Of a stretch of DNA of 64,000 nucleotides, positions 60,249 to 64,000 are shown one piece after another. The stretch spans positions 2,675-66,674 of the forward strand of contig CAVRHW010000034.1 in NCBI GenBank assembly GCA_963721085.1, written 5' to 3'. A program made the translations under genes and the position numbers. The notes beneath the pieces are model-generated. The model ran no database searches. It was not told the origin of the DNA and worked only from the letters and a program-made list of their open reading frames with translations. Position 1 is the first letter of the stretch; the number at the start of each line of letters is the position of its first letter. This DNA comes from an uncultured Gammaproteobacteria bacterium (lineage in GTDB: Bacteria > Pseudomonadota > Gammaproteobacteria > SZUA-229).

Positions 60249-60414
60249 TTAAAGCTGAACCACAGAGACACGGAGAACACGGAGAAAAGCATTTTATTGT
60301 TTCGTCATCCCCCGACAGAATCACTCGGGGATAACAAACAAGGTGGCGTCATGGTTTTAACAAAAGATTTGTTTTTCCTCTGTGTTCTCCGTGTCTCTGT
60401 GGTTCAGTTTTTAA
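60249..60414. repeat. Composite inverted-repeat element, copy 2 (dksA-gluQ spacer)
   Basis: TTAAAGCTGAACCACAGAGACACGGAGAACACGGAGAAAA (60249-60288) is the near-perfect inverse of TTTTCCTCTGTGTTCTCCGTGTCTCTGTGGTTCAGTTTTTAA (60373-60414). The centre is about 84 bp. Confidence 0.85.
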
Positions 60415-60453
60415 CGTTTATAATCTTTTGTTTGCGGTTAATATTGATCCCCC

Positions 60454-61345
60454 ATGAACAATATACCCTACATCGGTCGTTTTGCGCCCTCGCCTACCGG
60501 GCCCTTGCATTATGGAACCATGATCGCAGCGGTCGCCAGTTTTTTGCAGGCGCGCGCGCATCATGGGCAATGGTTAGTTCGTATCGAAGATGTCGACACA
60601 CTGCGTCGGGTTCAAGGCGCCGATACACAAATATTAAAAACACTGGAAGCCTTTGCCATGCACTGGGATGGCGAAGTGGTTTATCAATCACAACGCACCG
60701 ACCTTTATGAACAGGCACTGTCGGCACTCAAAGACAAACAGCTGATCTATCCCTGTACCTGTTCACGCAAACAACTGCTCGAAGAAACTGGCACAACATC
60801 ACCGATTTATCCGGGCACCTGCAAACAGATGACAGACTGGTCCGGTGATGATTATGCCGTCAGACTAAAAGTAGCCTGATGAAACCATTGTGTTTAAGGA
60901 TGCGGTGTATGCTGCGCAACAACAAAACCTTGCGCATGAAGTCGGTGATTTTGTTATCAGGCGCCGCGATGGATTATTCGCCTATCAACTCGCGGTCGTG
61001 GTCGACGATGCCGGGCAAAAAATTACCGAAGTCGTGCGCGGCGCAGATCTGCTCGATTCCACCGCACGCCAGATTTACATACAACGTTGTCTCGGCTATA
61101 CCCAGCCCGACTACTTGCATCTACCATTAGCGATCGACGAATCCGGCAGCAAACTCAGCAAGCACACCGGTGCTGCCGCCATCGCAGACAGCGATCCGTG
61201 TACCAGCATCATCAGCATTCTGAAATTTCTCGGCCAGGATGTTTCACCAGAACTTGATCAGGCCTCGCTAACAGAGCTCTGGCACTATGCCATCGAACAC
61301 TGGAACCCTGACAGTATTCCAATGACTAACCGTCAAGTTGGATAA
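60454..61345 (+). pseudogene. gluQ: Glutamyl-Q tRNA(Asp) synthetase, one frame change at ~60,875
   Basis: 60454-60879 carries GRFAPSPTGPLHYG (HIGH-type) and ...YPGTC. The continuation (PDETIVFKDAVYAAQ...FVIRRRDGLFAYQLAVVVDD...KLSKH) lies in the next frame, 60890-61345. Confidence 0.85.
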
Positions 61346-61358
61346 AAGCTTAAAAACT

Positions 61359-61529
61359 TTAAAGCGAACCACAGAGGCACAGAGAACACGGAGAAAACAT
61401 TTATTTATAAAAGCCAGGCATCGATTTTCCTGGTACAGATATCAGTACACGATTACCAACAAATATTTCTGTTTTTAAACAAAAATATGTTTTACCTCTG
61501 TGTTCTCTGTGCCTCTGTGGTTTCGCTTT
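61359..61529. repeat. Composite inverted-repeat element, copy 3 (gluQ-acs spacer)
   Basis: TTAAAGCGAACCACAGAGGCACAGAGAACACGGAGAAAA (61359-61397) is inverse to TTTTACCTCTGTGTTCTCTGTGCCTCTGTGGTTTCGCTTT (61490-61529). The centre is about 92 bp. Confidence 0.85.
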
Positions 61530-61660
61530 CGATTTCATTTTTGTTTTCATAGAATAAACCGCGCTTGCGAAGTGCCCGCCGGTTTGCGTTATACTACAGA
61601 CCACGGCTTCGGCCACTATCAGAACACCGCCTCAACCCATTGAATAAAAAGGATAAAACC

Positions 61661-63625
61661 GTGTCTGACAATGATATCAACTCCATCCTGATTGAAAATC
61701 GCCAGTTTCCTCCTTCTGCAGAATTCGCCGCACATGCGCGCATAAAGCCAGCCGATCTCGCCGCACTGCATAAACAAGCCGCCAGCGATTACGAAGGTTT
61801 CTGGGCTGAGCAGGCGCGCGAACATCTGGACTGGCACAAAGCGTTCACACAAATACTGGATTCATCAAAAGCACCGCACTTCGCCTGGTTCGCCGATGGT
61901 GAAATCAATGTCTCGTATAACTGCATCGACCGTCATCTGGCAAAACACGCCAGCAAAACCGCCATTATTTTTGAAGGTGAACAGGGCGACACGCGACATA
62001 TCAGCTATCAGGAGCTGCACGATGAAGTCTGCCAGTTTGCCAATGCGCTGAAAGCGCGCGGTATTAAAAAAGGTGACCGTGTTGTCATCTACATGCCTAT
62101 GACGCCCGAAGCGGTGGTCGCGATGCAGGCATGCGCGCGTATTGGTGCTATTCATTCCGTAGTGTTCGGTGGTTTCTCGGCGGAATCATTGCGCGATCGT
62201 ATTAACGATGCGGGTGCAGTGATGCTGATTACTGCGGATGGCGGTCATCGCGGCGGCAAAATCGTCGAACTCAAAATCGCAGCTGACAAAGCGATACAAG
62301 CCGGCTGCCCCACGATTAAAAATGTGATCGTATATAAACGTACTGGCCATGACATCAAAATGCATGATGGTCTCGACCACTGGTGGCATGATGTTGTCGA
62401 CAGCCAGTCCAGCGACTGCGAACCTGAATGGGTCGGTGCCGAACATCCATTGTTTCTACTCTACACATCAGGCTCGACCGGTAAACCCAAAGGCATACAG
62501 CATTCCAGCGCTGGTTACCTGTTAAACGCCATACTCACGAATTTATGGGTGTTCGATTTACAGGACAAAGATATTTTCTGGTGCACCGCCGATGTCGGCT
62601 GGATCACCGGCCATACCTATGTGGCTTATGGCCCACTCGCTGCTGCCAGTACTATTGTGATCTATGAAGGCGCACCGACAGTACCCGACTATGGTCGCTT
62701 CTGGAAAATCTGTCAGGACCATAAAGTCAGCGTGTTCTACACCGCACCCACCGCGATTCGCGCACTGATGAAAATGGGTGATGGTTTCCCTAATGCCTAT
62801 GATCTATCTTCGATACGGTTGCTCGGCACGGTCGGTGAACCGATCAACCCCGAAGCCTGGATGTGGTATCACACCGTAATCGGCAAGGAACGCTGCCCGA
62901 TTGTCGATACCTGGTGGCAGACCGAGACAGGCGCCAACATGATCACCCCCATTCCCGGGGTCACCAGCACCAAACCGGGTTCATGCACCAGGGCCCTGCC
63001 CGGCATCATTGCCGATGTGGTCAACGAACAAGGTGAGTCGATCACAGAAGCCAACAGCGGCGGCTACCTGGTGATCAAAAAACCGTTCCCGTCCATGCTG
63101 CGTACTATCTGGGGCGACGACCAACGTTATGTCGATACCTATTTCGGAAAATTCGGCGGCAAATATTATCTTGCTGGTGACAGCGCCCGCAAAGATGAAG
63201 ACGGTTATTTCTGGATCATGGGCCGTGTCGATGATGTGATCAATGTTTCCGGCCATAGGCTGGGCACCATGGAAGTCGAATCCGCACTGGTGGCACACGA
63301 ACGCGTGGCAGAGGCCGCAGTCGTTTCGCGTCCACACGATGTCAAAGGCGAAGCCATCGTCGCTTTCGTTATCTGCAATGGTGAACGTCCCACCGGCGAT
63401 GAAGCAGAACGCATGGTCAAGGTATTACGCGACTGGGTCGGCGAACAGATCGGCGCTATCGCCAAGCCCGATGATATCCGCTTCGCCGAAGGTCTGCCGA
63501 AAACCCGCTCTGGCAAAATCATGCGGCGTTTGTTGCGCACGATTGCGCGGGGTGAGGAAATTACGCAGGATATTTCCACTCTGGAAAATGAAGGCGTGGT
63601 CTTGCAGTTACAGGGAAAAGCATAG
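61661..63625 (+). CDS. acs: Acetyl-CoA synthetase (AMP-forming)
   Basis: The likely GTG start at 61661 is preceded by AAGGA. Motifs present: [11 protein letters not shown], the WWQTETG-type motif, and [16 protein letters not shown]...[11 protein letters not shown]. Confidence 0.95.
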   Translation: MSDNDINSILIENRQFPPSAEFAAHARIKPADLAALHKQAASDYEGFWAEQAREHLDWHKAFTQILDSSKAPHFAWFADGEINVSYNCIDRHLAKHASKTAIIFEGEQGDTRHISYQELHDEVCQFANALKARGIKKGDRVVIYMPMTPEAVVAMQACARIGAIHSVVFGGFSAESLRDRINDAGAVMLITADGGHRGGKIVELKIAADKAIQAGCPTIKNVIVYKRTGHDIKMHDGLDHWWHDVVDSQSSDCEPEWVGAEHPLFLLYTSGSTGKPKGIQHSSAGYLLNAILTNLWVFDLQDKDIFWCTADVGWITGHTYVAYGPLAAASTIVIYEGAPTVPDYGRFWKICQDHKVSVFYTAPTAIRALMKMGDGFPNAYDLSSIRLLGTVGEPINPEAWMWYHTVIGKERCPIVDTWWQTETGANMITPIPGVTSTKPGSCTRALPGIIADVVNEQGESITEANSGGYLVIKKPFPSMLRTIWGDDQRYVDTYFGKFGGKYYLAGDSARKDEDGYFWIMGRVDDVINVSGHRLGTMEVESALVAHERVAEAAVVSRPHDVKGEAIVAFVICNGERPTGDEAERMVKVLRDWVGEQIGAIAKPDDIRFAEGLPKTRSGKIMRRLLRTIARGEEITQDISTLENEGVVLQLQGKA

Positions 63626-63714
63626 CGTGCAGCCTGGAAGAGAACATGTGAAGCCCAGCATTCCAGATAAGGCAGACAACATGTAGATACCGGCTCATTT
63701 TGAGGAATCAGAAA

Positions 63715-63942
63715 ATGCCGTACAAAGTAATATCGGAACTTCCAGAAAGTGTAAAAAATAATCTACCAGAACATGCCCAGGAAATTTACCTGGCAGCATT
63801 CAATAATGCCTGGAAGCAATACCGCAAAACCAGTGACCGCCAGGGCGATAGTTCACGTGAGGAGACCGCGCACAAAGTCGCCTGGTCTGCAGTCAAGCAA
63901 CAGTACGAGAAGCAGGGCCAGAAATGGGGAAAAAGTAAGTAG
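63715..63942 (+). CDS. chaB: ChaB-family protein
   Basis: A GAGGAA lies before ATG 63715. MPYKVISELPESVKNNLPEHAQEIYLAAFNNAW...AHKVAWSAVKQQYEK is the ChaB signature. Confidence 0.75.
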   Translation: MPYKVISELPESVKNNLPEHAQEIYLAAFNNAWKQYRKTSDRQGDSSREETAHKVAWSAVKQQYEKQGQKWGKSK

Positions 63943-64000
63943 CTTCGCTGGCAACATCGTTTAACGAAAAGATCAGTCCAGGCTTCTTGACGATGTATTG

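Overview
This 64-kb window does not look like one genome.

Left part, bases 1 to ~24,845. This is GC-rich, alphaproteobacterial (Rhizobiales-like) DNA. It carries an exopolysaccharide/glycan-assembly cluster: a frameshifted AsnB-type amidotransferase, GT2, GT4 and GT26 glycosyltransferases, a Wzx-like flippase, a Tat-secreted GH10 hydrolase and a GumC/ExoP-like co-polymerase. It also carries small regulators and detox-type genes, an MttB-family methyltransferase, folD, a flavin monooxygenase and the zwf-pgl-edd Entner-Doudoroff genes.

Junction, ~24,845. zwf lacks its first ~45-50 codons and abuts the interior of an unrelated secreted repeat-protein gene.

Right part, ~24,846 to 64,000. This is lower-GC DNA typical of a gammaproteobacterial sulfur-oxidising chemoautotroph:
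- aprMBA (APS reductase) followed by three co-oriented accessory genes.
- A DAB-type inorganic-carbon pump locus: dabB, an extra Nuo-like membrane ORF, dabA and a P-II-like gene.
- A divergent csoS1D-like BMC-T shell gene followed by a NUDIX gene.
- A complete alpha-carboxysome operon: cbbL, cbbS, csoS2, csoSCA, csoS4A, csoS4B, two csoS1, a ferritin-like gene, a PCD-like acRAF, mcdA, a candidate mcdB and cbbR.
- Housekeeping genes: tadA, guaBA, xseA, dksA, gluQ, acs and chaB.

I read the junction as a probable assembly or binning chimera rather than biology.

Many genes on both sides are broken by single-base frame changes. Several of these sit in short homopolymer runs, so most are probably consensus indel errors, not decay. 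I still mark them as pseudogene because they are not translatable as given.

Other points worth a second look:
- A three-copy family of ~150-170-bp composite inverted-repeat (REP/MITE-like) elements built from CAC[A/G]GAGAA iterons.
- A LysR-type T-N11-A box in front of dabB.
- A GMGPGG-repeat secreted protein.

I found no rRNA, tRNA, CRISPR array or intact transposase. All family assignments come from motif recognition by eye, not from searches.
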